Origin: Pseudomonadota bacterium | GTDB taxonomy: Bacteria; Pseudomonadota; Alphaproteobacteria; Caulobacterales; Parvularculaceae | Assembly: GCA_039819085.1 (NCBI GenBank) | Contig: JBCBSQ010000010.1 | Span: 37,038-101,037 of the forward strand | Length of the DNA stretch: 64,000 nucleotides | Direction: 5' to 3' | Shown: positions 1 through 9,882 of the stretch, piece after piece | How positions within the stretch are numbered: position 1 is the stretch's first letter | Layout: the number at the start of each line of letters is the position of its first letter | Notes under the pieces: model-generated | Told to the model about the DNA's origin: nothing | The model's database searches: none | What the model saw: only the letters and a program-made list of their open reading frames with translations | Program-made: the position numbers and the translations under genes

Positions 1-292
1 AATTGTGGAATTCCGTATGGGCGCAGAAGACAGCGTCCCAGCTTCCGCGCAGTATCCATCAAATGCCGCTCGAACGCCAGTGACGTCTTCGCGAGTGACG
101 ACTAGTCTTGTCTTTCTCTTTTACGCTTAGTCTCGCGCTGATCGCTTGGCTGCGGGGCCGTCGCCGCCGCGCCAAGTCCAGGACGCGCCCCGCCCTGTCG
201 TCTCCGATAGGGCTTCGGGCCTTAACGTGATCCTCGTTTCCGCCGCGTTATTCTTTCGACCCCGGCCGTGCGGGATCTTGAGATAGGGGTAA

Positions 293-1549
293 ATGGCGTT
301 GACGTGCGGAAAATGGTCTTTGTGGAGCCTATCTGCGGCCTTGCCGTTGGCGCTGCTGGCGATCGTGATCGCCTCCGCCGCGCCAGGTGCGTCCGCGCAG
401 AAACGCTCCGAGCCATTGGTCTCGAAGGCGGCGCTCAGCGATGCGATCGAGGCGGGCGTCGGCTATCTCACAAATGCCGTTGATGAGCGGGGCAAGTTCA
501 CCTACCGCATCAATCTCGATCCATCCCTGCCGGTCGAGGAGAAATACAACATCCTGCGGCACGCCGGCGCGATCTACGCCCTCGCGGAGGCCTATGAACG
601 CCAGCCGGACCCGGAGATTCTCGCGGCAATGACGCGGGCGGGCGGCTTCATGAAGGCCGAAGCGATTGCAGGCGTTCCGGGTGAAGAGGACCTGCTCGCG
701 GTCTGGTCCAGAGACAGTCTCAACAAAGCGGGCAAGCCCGAGCAGGCGAAGCTCGGCGGCGCAGGGCTCGGCCTTGTCGCGCTCGTCTCCCTGGAGAGGC
801 TGTCGCCGGGGTCGACCGAGATCGAAGACTTGCGGTCAATCGCGCGATTTATCCTCTTTATGCAGAAAAAAGATGGATCATTCTACTCGAAGTACTATGC
901 CGGGCGCGGACGGGATGACTCCTGGACGTCGCTCTTCTACCCCGGCGAAGCGGCCCTCGGCCTCCTCATGCTCCACGAAATTGATCCAAACCCCGCCTGG
1001 GTCGCCGGCGCGGCGGACGCGCTCGACTTCCTGGCCCGGAGCCGGGAGGGACGTCCGTCCGTTCCGATTGACCATTGGGCGCTGATCGCCAGCGAGCGCC
1101 TCCTCGCACTTGATCAAGGCGACGGCTCGGTCGATCGCGAACTGATAGAGGCGCACGCCGCGCAGATTGTCGAAGAGATCCTCCGTTCACGGCCGGCGCT
1201 GGACGAAAAAGCGCCGATCGCGTCATTCGTCGCCGATGGGCGCACGACGCCGACGGCGACACGCGTTGAAGGGCTTGTCGCCGCCCTCAATATCATTCCG
1301 GAAGATCGCAGGGCGCTGCGCCGGCGTAGTCGTCACGCGATTGAAGAGGGCGTTGCGTTCCTGGTGCGCGCGCAGGTGCGCGACGGCCCCCATCGCGGCG
1401 CGACGCCACGCGCTCTACGACGTTTGAGCCTGACGCCCGACAACGCCAATTTCAATCGCCGCGCGAGCGAGGTCCGCATCGACTATGTGCAACACTCCTT
1501 GAGCGCCTTCATTGGCTTTGAAGACGCCCTCAAGGCCGCAACGCAATAG
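293..1549 (+). CDS. hypothetical secreted protein, possibly alpha/alpha-toroid fold
   Basis: ATG ORF of 418 aa. The N-terminus has a signal-like hydrophobic segment (LWSLSAALPLALLAIVIASAAPGASA). I recognise no catalytic motif. The fold guess rests only on repeated helical segments. Confidence 0.5.
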   Translation: MALTCGKWSLWSLSAALPLALLAIVIASAAPGASAQKRSEPLVSKAALSDAIEAGVGYLTNAVDERGKFTYRINLDPSLPVEEKYNILRHAGAIYALAEAYERQPDPEILAAMTRAGGFMKAEAIAGVPGEEDLLAVWSRDSLNKAGKPEQAKLGGAGLGLVALVSLERLSPGSTEIEDLRSIARFILFMQKKDGSFYSKYYAGRGRDDSWTSLFYPGEAALGLLMLHEIDPNPAWVAGAADALDFLARSREGRPSVPIDHWALIASERLLALDQGDGSVDRELIEAHAAQIVEEILRSRPALDEKAPIASFVADGRTTPTATRVEGLVAALNIIPEDRRALRRRSRHAIEEGVAFLVRAQVRDGPHRGATPRALRRLSLTPDNANFNRRASEVRIDYVQHSLSAFIGFEDALKAATQ

Positions 1550-1659
1550 CCCAAAACCGATGGGCTCGATTTTCGCGGCGCCTCGGCGTACGACGCTTCC
1601 AAGAAACATGACGGTTTGGCGACGAAGCGCGCCGGCGTCCAGGCATTAGGAGCAAGAAC

Positions 1660-2961
1660 ATGGCCGCGGCTGCATCCTGCGCCGTCATCGGCGCGCAATG
1701 GGGCGATGAAGGCAAGGGCAAGATCGTCGACTGGCTGTCGGCGCGGGCTGACGTCGTCGTCCGCTTTCAGGGCGGGCACAACGCCGGCCATACGCTCGTC
1801 ATCGACGGCGAAGTCTACAAGCTCTCCTTGTTGCCGTCTGGCGTCGTGCGGAACGGGACATTTTCTGTCATCGGCTCCGGCGTCGTCGTCGACCCGTTTG
1901 CGCTGTGCGACGAAATCGAGCGGGTGCGTGGCCAGGGGGTCGACATCACGCCTGAGAACCTCGCTGTCGCGGACGCGGCGACGCTGATCCTGCCCTTGCA
2001 TCAGGAGCTTGACGCCTTGCGCGAAGGCGCGACGGCCGGCACCAAGATCGGCACGACCAAGCGCGGCATCGGCCCGGCGTACGAAGACCGCGCGGGACGC
2101 AGAGCTTTGCGAGTGGCGGACCTTCTGCGGCAAGAAACGCTCGCGCCTAAGGTGGAGAACCTTCTGAGCCACCACAACGCGCTGCGGCGCGGGTTCGGGG
2201 TCGATCCGCTGGAGACCTCCGATATTATCTCTATGCTGAATGAGATCGCGCCGAAGATCGCGCCGTTCGCCCAACCTGTTTGGCGTCTGCTCGATCAGGC
2301 GCGCCGGGACCGCAAGCGCATTCTGTTCGAAGGCGCGCAAGGGGTTCTCCTGGATGTCGACCACGGAACATATCCGTACGTGACGTCGTCGAACACCGTG
2401 GCGGGACAGGCCGCGACCGGCTCCGGGCTCGGCCCCGCTTCGGTTGGGTATGTGCTGGGCATCGTCAAGGCCTATACGACGCGTGTCGGCGCGGGACCTT
2501 TCCCCACTGAACAGGACAACGCCATCGGCGAACAGCTCGGCGAACGCGGCCATGAGTTCGGGACTGTGACAGGACGGCGGCGGCGCTGCGGCTGGTTCGA
2601 TGCGGCGCTTGTCAGGCAGTCGTGCCGCGTCGCCGGCGTCGACGGGATCGCGCTGACGAAGCTCGACGTTCTCGACGGTTTCGAGAGATTAGACGTGTGC
2701 GTCGGATATGAGATCGATGGCGCGCGCGTCGACTACTTGCCGGCTGGCGTTGACGCGCAGTCCGCGGTGACGCCTGTCTATGAGACGATGGCGGGATGGT
2801 CGGGCTCAACGGCGTGCGCGCGGTCCTGGGCGGACCTGCCGGCGGAGGCCGTGAAGTATGTCCGCCGCATTGAAGAGCTGATCGAGACGCCGGTGGCGCT
2901 TGTCTCCACAAGCCCGGAGCGCGACGACGTCATCCTGATGAAGGATCCGTTCGAAGGGTAG
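1660..2961 (+). CDS. purA: adenylosuccinate synthetase
   Basis: 433-aa ORF carrying [11 protein letters not shown] (P-loop), GGHNAGHT and [13 protein letters not shown], which are the hallmark PurA motifs. Length is typical for the family. Confidence 0.97.
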   Translation: MAAAASCAVIGAQWGDEGKGKIVDWLSARADVVVRFQGGHNAGHTLVIDGEVYKLSLLPSGVVRNGTFSVIGSGVVVDPFALCDEIERVRGQGVDITPENLAVADAATLILPLHQELDALREGATAGTKIGTTKRGIGPAYEDRAGRRALRVADLLRQETLAPKVENLLSHHNALRRGFGVDPLETSDIISMLNEIAPKIAPFAQPVWRLLDQARRDRKRILFEGAQGVLLDVDHGTYPYVTSSNTVAGQAATGSGLGPASVGYVLGIVKAYTTRVGAGPFPTEQDNAIGEQLGERGHEFGTVTGRRRRCGWFDAALVRQSCRVAGVDGIALTKLDVLDGFERLDVCVGYEIDGARVDYLPAGVDAQSAVTPVYETMAGWSGSTACARSWADLPAEAVKYVRRIEELIETPVALVSTSPERDDVILMKDPFEG

Positions 2962-3052
2962 GCGGCCGACGCTTCTCCTTACGCTTGGCCAATCGCTGCG
3001 GGCGAAGTAAGACGTCGTCGACGGCGTGGGCCATCCAGAGGGGCGGGGCGAC

Positions 3053-4252
3053 ATGAAAAAAGCATTGATTGGCGTGGCGATCCTGGCGCTCGCCGGACTG
3101 ACCGGATGGCGGGCCATCGGCCCGGATTGGCGGGCGCTGATCGCCAACGCGCCGACGGATACGGATCTCCTCTTCTGGTCCGTCGCTGAGCGCGACGCAG
3201 CATTTCGCATGCTCGACCGCGTGCCTTTCGTTAGCCGCACACGGAAAATTGCGACCGGCGACAGCATCCGCGACCTGCCGGACGGCGCGCCTCTTGATCT
3301 CGCCACTGTCGGATTTGAGCTCGACGCCTTCATGGACGCTGCGCGCATCGCTGGGTTTGTCGTTGTCCAGGACGGAGAAGTTCGGCTCGAGCGCTATGGG
3401 CTCGGCTTCGGGCCTGAAGGCCGCTGGACAAGTTTCTCCGTCGCCAAGTCGCTCACCTCGACGCTCGTCGGCGCGGCGGTGCGCGACGGCTACATCAAGA
3501 GCCTCAATGATCCGGTGTCGAATTATGTCGCGGGGCTTCAGGGATCGGCCTATGACGACGTCAGCATTGAGCAGTTGCTGACCATGACGTCGGGGGTCGC
3601 CTGGAACGAGGACTATGAAGATCCGGAATCGGATGTTTCGCAATTCCTGAACCAGAAGCCGGAAGGCGAAGAAGCCGCGATCGTCAGTTACATGAAGAAA
3701 CTGCCGCGCGCGCATCCGCCCGGCGACGTCTGGAACTACTCGACAGGCGAAACCAACCTCATCGGCGTTCTTGTGGCCGAAGCCGTCGGCAAGCCGCTCG
3801 CAACGTATGCGGCGGAAAAAATCTGGACCCCGTTCGGAATGGAGGCGCCGGCGACCTGGACGCTGGCGGCGGACGGGCGCGAGGTCAGCGGTTGCTGCGT
3901 TCAGGCGCGCACGCGCGACTTTGCGCGGATCGGGCTGTTTGCGCTTGAGGGCGGGGCTGGCGTCGTGCCTGACGGCTGGTTTGATCAGGCGGCGACGACG
4001 CAGGTTGACTATGGCGAACCCGGCGAAGGCTATGGGTATCAATGGTGGACCCTGGATGACGGCGCGTTCCGCGCCTTTGGCATTTTCGGTCAGGCGATCT
4101 TCATCGATCCGTCGCGAAGCCTGGTCGTCGCCATGAACGCCAATTGGACGACTGCGCTCGGCTATAAGGATGGCGAGCGGGAGCGACGCGCGGCAGTGTT
4201 CGCAGCTGTGCGCTCAGCGATTGACGCCGAGGCGTCGACCGCGGCCGAGTAG
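3053..4252 (+). CDS. serine hydrolase, beta-lactamase/PBP family
   Basis: Track ORF is 3026..4252. The in-frame ATG at 3053 gives the signal peptide MKKALIGVAILALAGL. An SxxK motif sits in FSVAKSLTS. Confidence 0.85.
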   Translation: MKKALIGVAILALAGLTGWRAIGPDWRALIANAPTDTDLLFWSVAERDAAFRMLDRVPFVSRTRKIATGDSIRDLPDGAPLDLATVGFELDAFMDAARIAGFVVVQDGEVRLERYGLGFGPEGRWTSFSVAKSLTSTLVGAAVRDGYIKSLNDPVSNYVAGLQGSAYDDVSIEQLLTMTSGVAWNEDYEDPESDVSQFLNQKPEGEEAAIVSYMKKLPRAHPPGDVWNYSTGETNLIGVLVAEAVGKPLATYAAEKIWTPFGMEAPATWTLAADGREVSGCCVQARTRDFARIGLFALEGGAGVVPDGWFDQAATTQVDYGEPGEGYGYQWWTLDDGAFRAFGIFGQAIFIDPSRSLVVAMNANWTTALGYKDGERERRAAVFAAVRSAIDAEASTAAE

Positions 4253-4422
4253 CGCGACCAAAGGCGTATGGGCGGCGCACATCGGCGTCTTCCTGGCTTC
4301 GCTCATAGAAATGTGAGCGCAGCGCCCCCGGCGTCATTGTGAATTGCGCCTCGGCGCGCTGGTCGAGCGGCGATCTTTCATGGCATTTACTGACTGAGGC
4401 AGCAGCAAGAAGGCGGCGGGCG

Positions 4423-4884
4423 ATGACGCGAGCAAATTGGGTGCGCGCTGGATTTGCGATGGTTGCGGCGGCGCTATTCGCCTTTGTCGTCGCAAAGCCT
4501 GCGGCGACGTCCGTGGCCGCGGAAAGCGGCGGGCCCGCCGAAGTCGTGGCGGTCACGTTCTCATCCGCCTGGTGCGCGTCCTGCCGTATTCTAAAGCCCC
4601 GCCTTGCGCGCGTGATCCCTGAGTTCGCCGACGCGCCGGTGAAGTTCGTGGAGATTGATTTCAGTTTCGGCGCCGCCGAGGCGGCGCGGGCGATTGCGGT
4701 CGCGGAGGGCGTCGAGGAAGCCTTTGACGATGTCGCGGGCGCGACGGGGTTCACCCTCCTAATTGATCGCGACACAGGCGCCGTGATCGACATGCTGACG
4801 GCGTCCTATCCGGAAAAGGCGATGCGGGCGAGCATCGCGTCGGCGCTTGCGATTGCGGCGCGCACGCCTGCCGAAGCGGACTGA
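4423..4884 (+). CDS. thioredoxin-fold protein with signal anchor
   Basis: Track ORF is 4339..4884. The in-frame ATG at 4423 gives MTRANWVRAGFAMVAAALFAFVVA. A CxxC motif lies in thioredoxin-like context (VAVTFSSAWCASCRILKP). Confidence 0.6.
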   Translation: MTRANWVRAGFAMVAAALFAFVVAKPAATSVAAESGGPAEVVAVTFSSAWCASCRILKPRLARVIPEFADAPVKFVEIDFSFGAAEAARAIAVAEGVEEAFDDVAGATGFTLLIDRDTGAVIDMLTASYPEKAMRASIASALAIAARTPAEAD

Positions 4885-5439
4885 GGCGCCGGTCTTTCCA
4901 TTTATGTCAACGCAGCTTGACGCGCGGCGTCCGATTGGCGGGCGCTTGGTCAGCCCGCCGAAGAGATGCGGGGGGCAGGCCGAATGTTCACCCATGTGCG
5001 AAGCGACAAACGCGAACGCCATGATTTTCCGATGAATCGCCGCCTCTGACGACTTTTTGCAGCGCCGCATAAGACGAAAGTCTGTATGCGAAAAGCACCG
5101 GCTTCTGACGATTTTGCTTGCCCGCGCTTTGTTGCTGGATCACACTCTTTCATGTTCCGAGGGGCGTCCCGCCTGTCGTAAGGATACGACGACTCGTGCG
5201 ACGCGCATCGAACGCGAGAGGCTGTTTGCGCCGATTGACGCGGCCCATCGTCTGAGGACGGAAGGGTGAACGCTGCCGGCGGTGATTGTTTCGGCCAGGG
5301 CGTTATTTTTAGGCGTCATCGAATTGGCGTCGTAACAAGACGTTCCGGAAAAGGCCGGCGCATGAATCGCCCGTGCGGATGAACCCTGACCAGGGCCAGG
5401 CAGAAGGACGCCGGACAAAGCTGATCGCAATCGGCACTG

Positions 5440-5520
5440 CGCGCCAAGGAGCTTGGGCGTCTGGGACTGAGACGGACCCTTTGAACCTGATCCGGGTCAT
5501 GCCGGCGTTAGGGACGGAGC
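5440..5520 (+). promoter_or_regulatory. TPP (THI-box) riboswitch-like element, apparently orphan and lacking a clear P3
   Basis: CTGAGA lies at 5467-5472, followed by ACCCTTTGAACCTGATCCGGgtcatGCCGGCGttAGGGAC. This is near-identical to the core of the thiC-linked element at 13845-13936. I cannot draw a P3 hairpin or a P1. No credible ORF follows for about 470 nt. Confidence 0.45.
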
Positions 5521-5989
5521 AATTGACGACGCGGGGCGCGCAAATGGGTCGCCTGTAGCGGCTCGCTCCACGCGGCGGATGGGAAGGAAGGACGGCGAGA
5601 GTTGGCGGCTTTGCCGCAAACAACCGGCTTCCGGAAAAACCCGCATCCGCGCATGTGGTGAGGGTACGCCCGCTGGATGGCCGGTGACGGCAAGCCTTGC
5701 GATTGGCGGCTCCAGCGCGTTCTACGTCGTCAAGATGAGACCAGAGCCGTTTCCTCCGTCACGCCCGGGCGTGGCGGATGGGAGCGGCTTCTGGCGTTTT
5801 CTACGCCACTTTCACGCAATCCACTTTCACGCAGGGTCGCTTTGACTCCGCCGCTCTTTAAAGTTGGCGGATTGGCCACGCCGGTTCGGTCGTTTGGTGG
5901 GCCTTCTGCGCGAGTTGGCGACAGCCTAGGCTGGCGTTGGAAGCTTATGCTGGCGTAGGAACATGTTGGCCTAGGGAACGGAGGGCGGC

Positions 5990-6526
5990 ATGGACTGGAG
6001 CGCGTTACGGCGCATTGTCACTCAGCTAGATGAGAACGGCCGCTCGGACGTGTTGATCGACGGCGGCCCGGCCAAGACCCTCGCGGTGGAAGAGGCGGGG
6101 CTCGCGGAAATCTGGACGGCGGCGCTCACCGGCGCCGACTTGCAGGCCGGAGAAGACCGTCTTGCTACGGAGGATGTGCGGCTTGAGCCGGGCGCCGGCG
6201 CCGTCAAGGTGAGGTGGTTTACCGTGCCGCCGGAGGACCCGGAAATGTCGGCGGAAGACCGTGAGGCGCAGGCGGCTTTCGGGTTCGCCGCGTGCGGCGC
6301 AAGCGAGGCCCGCGTCGACACGTCGCGACATCCGATGATGCACAAAACGGAGACACTGGACGTCATCATCCTTGTGCGCGGGGAGGTTGATCTTCTCCTG
6401 GACAAAGGCGCGCCGCGCGCAATGAAACCGGGGGATGTCGTCATTCAGCGTGCGACCAATCACGCCTGGATCAATCGCGGTGAAGAGACCGCGTTGCTTG
6501 TCGCCGTATTGATTAGCGCGGCTTAA
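5990..6526 (+). CDS. cupin-domain protein
   Basis: 178-aa ATG ORF with GGAGGG just upstream. The C-terminal beta-barrel-like segment (MKPGDVVIQRATNHAWINRGEE) resembles cupin_2. Confidence 0.65.
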   Translation: MDWSALRRIVTQLDENGRSDVLIDGGPAKTLAVEEAGLAEIWTAALTGADLQAGEDRLATEDVRLEPGAGAVKVRWFTVPPEDPEMSAEDREAQAAFGFAACGASEARVDTSRHPMMHKTETLDVIILVRGEVDLLLDKGAPRAMKPGDVVIQRATNHAWINRGEETALLVAVLISAA

Positions 6527-7532
6527 GCGAAAGCCGTTCCATCAGCGCTTTGGCGGCCGCGTCGCCGCTCTTGAAAGCGTCTTCGGCTTCGGCGCCGAGA
6601 AGCCAGTCGCCTGCGGCGAGCGCCGTTCCGTCATCTGATGACAAAAAGGGCGCGCCGACCGGACGCGCGACGCGGGCGTAGCGCCAGCGATGCGCGCTGG
6701 CGTAGAGGACGGGCGCACCGTCTTCGCCAATCGCGGCAAGGACGAACGGCGTCAACTCGGCGGCGACGTCGTCGCGGTCGCGTTCCAGGTTATCGGCGGA
6801 CCAGTCCGCGCGCGCGTGGGCGACGACGCGCAGCGGCGCGGGCGCGCGGCCGGGCTTTGCGCTTTCAAAGACGATCATTTCAATTGGCCCTTCGACCGGG
6901 ATTGTCCGGGGTGACGGCGCGTCTTTTGTCGCGCCGGCAATCGCGATCATCAGTGTCCAGCAGGGCGTCATGCGCGCCGCGCGCGCGGCGGCCGCAAGGT
7001 CCGGCTCGGCGAGAAGGAGAATGTCCGCCGTCTGCGGCGCCGGCGCAGTGACGATTACAGCGTCTACGGATGGAGTGGCGTGCGGGCGCTCTAGAGCCGG
7101 CGCATCAAGATCGAGACGCCAGCGCGAACCGTCGCGGATTATCGTGCGAACGCGCGTCTGAAATCGGATGTCGAGGCCCGCCGCCGCGGGCGCAAGCAAC
7201 GTGTTCATTCGGGGAACGCCCACCAACGCGGCTGCGTCGACCACATCCGTATTGAACGCCGGCCAGGCGGCCGCGGCGTCCTTTTCCCGCAGCGACTGCA
7301 GGAAACTCGCAAATGACGCCTCCCGCGCGACGATCGCCGGCGCGCCGTGATCGAATTGAAGGCCGTGCGCCGGTCCAGCGTCGCGCACGCGCCGGGTCGC
7401 CAGCCGCCCGCCAACGCCGCGGCTCTTTTCGTAGACGGCGACGACGTAGCCAGCGTCTTCGAGGACTCGCGCGGCGGTGAGGCCAGCCATCCCTGCGCCG
7501 ACCACCGCAATATGGGGTGAGGGTCCGCTCAT
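6513..7532 (-). CDS. NAD(P)/FAD-dependent oxidoreductase (amine-oxidase-like)
   Basis: Track ORF 6513..8567 is over-extended. The in-frame ATG at 7532 gives MSGPSPHIAVVGAGMAGLTAARVLEDAGYVVAVYEKSRGVGGR, a GxGxxG dinucleotide-binding fold. The extension would lie antisense to the next gene. Confidence 0.85.
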   Translation of the reverse strand: MSGPSPHIAVVGAGMAGLTAARVLEDAGYVVAVYEKSRGVGGRLATRRVRDAGPAHGLQFDHGAPAIVAREASFASFLQSLREKDAAAAWPAFNTDVVDAAALVGVPRMNTLLAPAAAGLDIRFQTRVRTIIRDGSRWRLDLDAPALERPHATPSVDAVIVTAPAPQTADILLLAEPDLAAAARAARMTPCWTLMIAIAGATKDAPSPRTIPVEGPIEMIVFESAKPGRAPAPLRVVAHARADWSADNLERDRDDVAAELTPFVLAAIGEDGAPVLYASAHRWRYARVARPVGAPFLSSDDGTALAAGDWLLGAEAEDAFKSGDAAAKALMERLSLKPR

Positions 7533-7634
7533 CTGATCATCCTTATGCGGCCGACGCAAAAGCGGGGCTCTGGTTGGCGCAAACGACGAATAGTTGCTTA
7601 TACTGCCCGCCGAAGAAGGACAGAGGGGCGTTCC

Positions 7635-8945
7635 ATGAAACATTTCGTCGCGGCGTTCGCCATCGCCACGTTCGCCGCAGGGCTCGGTCCCGCCGCGGCT
7701 CAATTGTCGCCGGTAGAGGAGGACATTGTCGCCCGCGTCGAAGCGGACGCCGACGAGGCGATGGCGTTTCTCGAACAAGTGGTCAACGTCAATTCCGGGA
7801 CGATGAATCATGACGGCGTGAAGCGCGTCGGCGAGATGTTTGGCGAACGCTTTGACGGCATCGGCTTTGAGACGGAGTGGATTGACCTGCGCGAGGCGGT
7901 CGACCGCTCCGGACACCTCATTGCGCGCCGCGAGGGCGAGGCCGGCAACCGGCTTCTTCTCATCGGTCATCTTGATACGGTCTTTCCGAAGGACAGCGAT
8001 TTTCAGACATTTGAAATCAAGGGGAACCGCGCGGCCGGCCCTGGCGTCGCCGACATGAAGGGCGGCAATGTTGCGGTGCTTTTTGCGTTGAAGGCGCTCA
8101 GTGAAGCGGGGCTGCTTGACGAAGCGGGCATTGAGGTCGTGTTCACAGGCGATGAGGAAAAAAGCGGCAAGCCGATCTCCATCTCGCGAGAGGCGTTGAT
8201 TGACGCTGCGAAACGGGCCGATGTCGCCTTGAACTTTGAGGGCGGCGAGCGCGGCGCGGCGGTCACCGGCCGACGCGGGTCTTCTTCCTGGGTGCTGACG
8301 ACAACCGGCAATCGACGCCACTCCAGCGGCGTCTTCCGTGATGGCGTGGGGGCTGGCGCGGCGTTCGAAATGGCTCGGATACTGAACGAGTTTTATGAAC
8401 AGCTCGCCGACGAAAAGTTCCTCACCTTCAATCCGGGCGTCGTTTTGGCGGGTACGGATGTTACCTATGACCGCTCGCTTAATCGCGGCGCGTCGGCGGG
8501 CAAGACGAACGTCGTCACGCAAAAGGCCGTCGTCCATGGCGATCTTCGATTTTTGACCGAGACGCAAAAGGAAGAGGCGCGTGAGAAGATGCGCAAGATC
8601 GTCGCCGACAGTCTGCCGGGCACCAGCGCCGAAATCGAGTTCATCGATTCCTACCCGGCGATGACGCCGAGCGATGCGAACATCGCCCTATTGGCGGTGC
8701 TTTCCGATGTCAGCGAGGATCTGGGCGGGGAGACGTTGGCGCCGAACGATCCCGGACGGCGCGGGGCGGCGGATGTGTCTTTCGCGGCGCCGTACGCCGG
8801 CGCGTCGCTGGACGGCCTTGGCGTATATGGTCGCGGCGCCCATGGTCCGAACGAGGAGATGCAGATCGCCAGCCTTGAAAGCGCGACCAAGCGCGCGGCG
8901 ATCCTGATCTACCGCCTGACGAGACCTGACGCGCCCTCGTTTTAG
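7635..8945 (+). CDS. M20-family metallopeptidase (carboxypeptidase G2-like), secreted
   Basis: Track ORF is 7545..8945. ATG 7635 gives the signal peptide MKHFVAAFAIATFAAGLGPAAA. Motifs present: GHLDTVF, GPGVADMKGG and FTGDEE. Confidence 0.85.
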   Translation: MKHFVAAFAIATFAAGLGPAAAQLSPVEEDIVARVEADADEAMAFLEQVVNVNSGTMNHDGVKRVGEMFGERFDGIGFETEWIDLREAVDRSGHLIARREGEAGNRLLLIGHLDTVFPKDSDFQTFEIKGNRAAGPGVADMKGGNVAVLFALKALSEAGLLDEAGIEVVFTGDEEKSGKPISISREALIDAAKRADVALNFEGGERGAAVTGRRGSSSWVLTTTGNRRHSSGVFRDGVGAGAAFEMARILNEFYEQLADEKFLTFNPGVVLAGTDVTYDRSLNRGASAGKTNVVTQKAVVHGDLRFLTETQKEEAREKMRKIVADSLPGTSAEIEFIDSYPAMTPSDANIALLAVLSDVSEDLGGETLAPNDPGRRGAADVSFAAPYAGASLDGLGVYGRGAHGPNEEMQIASLESATKRAAILIYRLTRPDAPSF

Positions 8946-8991
8946 GCGCGCCGCGTCGCCGAATTGGTCAGGTGGACAAGCGGATTGAAAA

Positions 8992-9026
8992 AGCCCCGGC
9001 GACAAGATCGTCCGGGGCTTTCTCAT
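8992..9026. terminator. hairpin between convergent genes (possible bidirectional terminator)
   Basis: AGCCCCGG (8992-8999) pairs with CCGGGGCT (9012-9019). The loop is 12 nt. An A-run lies before the hairpin and a T-rich tract (tttctcatt) after it. Confidence 0.4.
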
Positions 9027-9054
9027 TCGGTGTGGTTGGCTCGATCGCCGCCTC

Positions 9055-9519
9055 CTAGTCATCGGCGGTCTCCTTGATCGAAACCCTCTTTACAGGGACG
9101 ACGGTGGTCTCTGCTGTAACCTCACGGACTTCAGCCGTACTCGGCTGATCCACCGGCTTGTCGTCGTCGCCAATGGCGGCCCTTGCAAGGCCAAGCGCTT
9201 CCAGGCACGCCTCGCCGGCGCAAGTCGCCCTGATGATCAGGACTTCGGCCGCGTCGGGCGGCGTCTCGTTTCGCCCGCTAGGCCCGGTCTTCGCCGCGAT
9301 CGGCGACAGCGTCGGTTTGCCGCCGGCGCCGCTGAAGGCGTTCAAGACTTTCTCCTGGGCCTTGTCGACTTCCTCGCGGGCGAACACGACCGGCCCAGCC
9401 CTGATTTCGGCGAGAAGCCGCTCACCGTGAGCGGTGTCTCCGAAAACGGCGCCGCCGGCGAATGTCGCCGCAAGCGCGGGCGCGGCGATTGCGAACTTGG
9501 CTATCGTTCCCATGACCAT
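9055..9519 (-). CDS. hypothetical small secreted protein
   Basis: Track ORF 9055..10221 is over-extended. ATG 9519 is preceded by AAGGAG and gives the signal-like N-terminus MVMGTIAKFAIAAPALAATFAGGAVFG. No family recognised. Confidence 0.55.
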   Translation of the reverse strand: MVMGTIAKFAIAAPALAATFAGGAVFGDTAHGERLLAEIRAGPVVFAREEVDKAQEKVLNAFSGAGGKPTLSPIAAKTGPSGRNETPPDAAEVLIIRATCAGEACLEALGLARAAIGDDDKPVDQPSTAEVREVTAETTVVPVKRVSIKETADD

Positions 9520-9882
9520 GTCTCCTTTCTTTTCTGGTGCGGAGGGAACATGCGCTGAAAATGGCGGACCCCGCCGCCGCGGACCAAAGACGTTGCGACG
9601 CGTCAATTTAGGACGCGCGCCAGTTTTTGGCGTCGCCAGTCGCGCCGCGCTATCGCGTATCGTTCGCGTTTCGAACACTGCTCGCGCGTGTAGAGGCTGC
9701 GCTGGAACGCGGCGGCTGTCGGCGCAAGCTGGCGGCGCGTCTCGTCCATTGTTGGCGGGATCGCGCAACAACCTCAAATACTCAGCAAAATCAACGACCC
9801 GATTCCAATAAACATGATTGAAACATGTTGCCTTCACGTGCGGCCTTGATAGTCTCGCCAGCTGAATCATGGGGCGGACAAG

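Noticed and set aside
1-59. Possible 5' end of a minus-strand gene running off the left edge (ATG at 59)
   Set aside because: Only 19 codons are visible, there is no SD, and the fragment cannot be evaluated.
1483-2553. 356-aa ORF on the minus strand
   Set aside because: It lies entirely antisense to purA. It is Arg/Ala/Pro-rich with no motifs. This is the typical GC-bias artefact.
2930-4042. 370-aa ORF on the minus strand
   Set aside because: It is antisense to the serine-hydrolase gene, which has clear SxxK and signal-peptide features. Its composition is that of a shadow ORF.
5579-5958. ORFs 5579..5845 and 5677..5958 as the genes controlled by the TPP-like element
   Set aside because: Their compositions are Arg/Gly/Pro-rich and non-protein-like. 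There is no RBS and no thiamine-related motif, and they overlap each other in different frames.
7533-8567. N-terminal 345 aa of the 684-aa track ORF 6513..8567
   Set aside because: The extension is antisense to the M20 peptidase gene. The Rossmann GxGxxG motif sits right after the internal Met at 7532, which is the natural N-terminus for this family.
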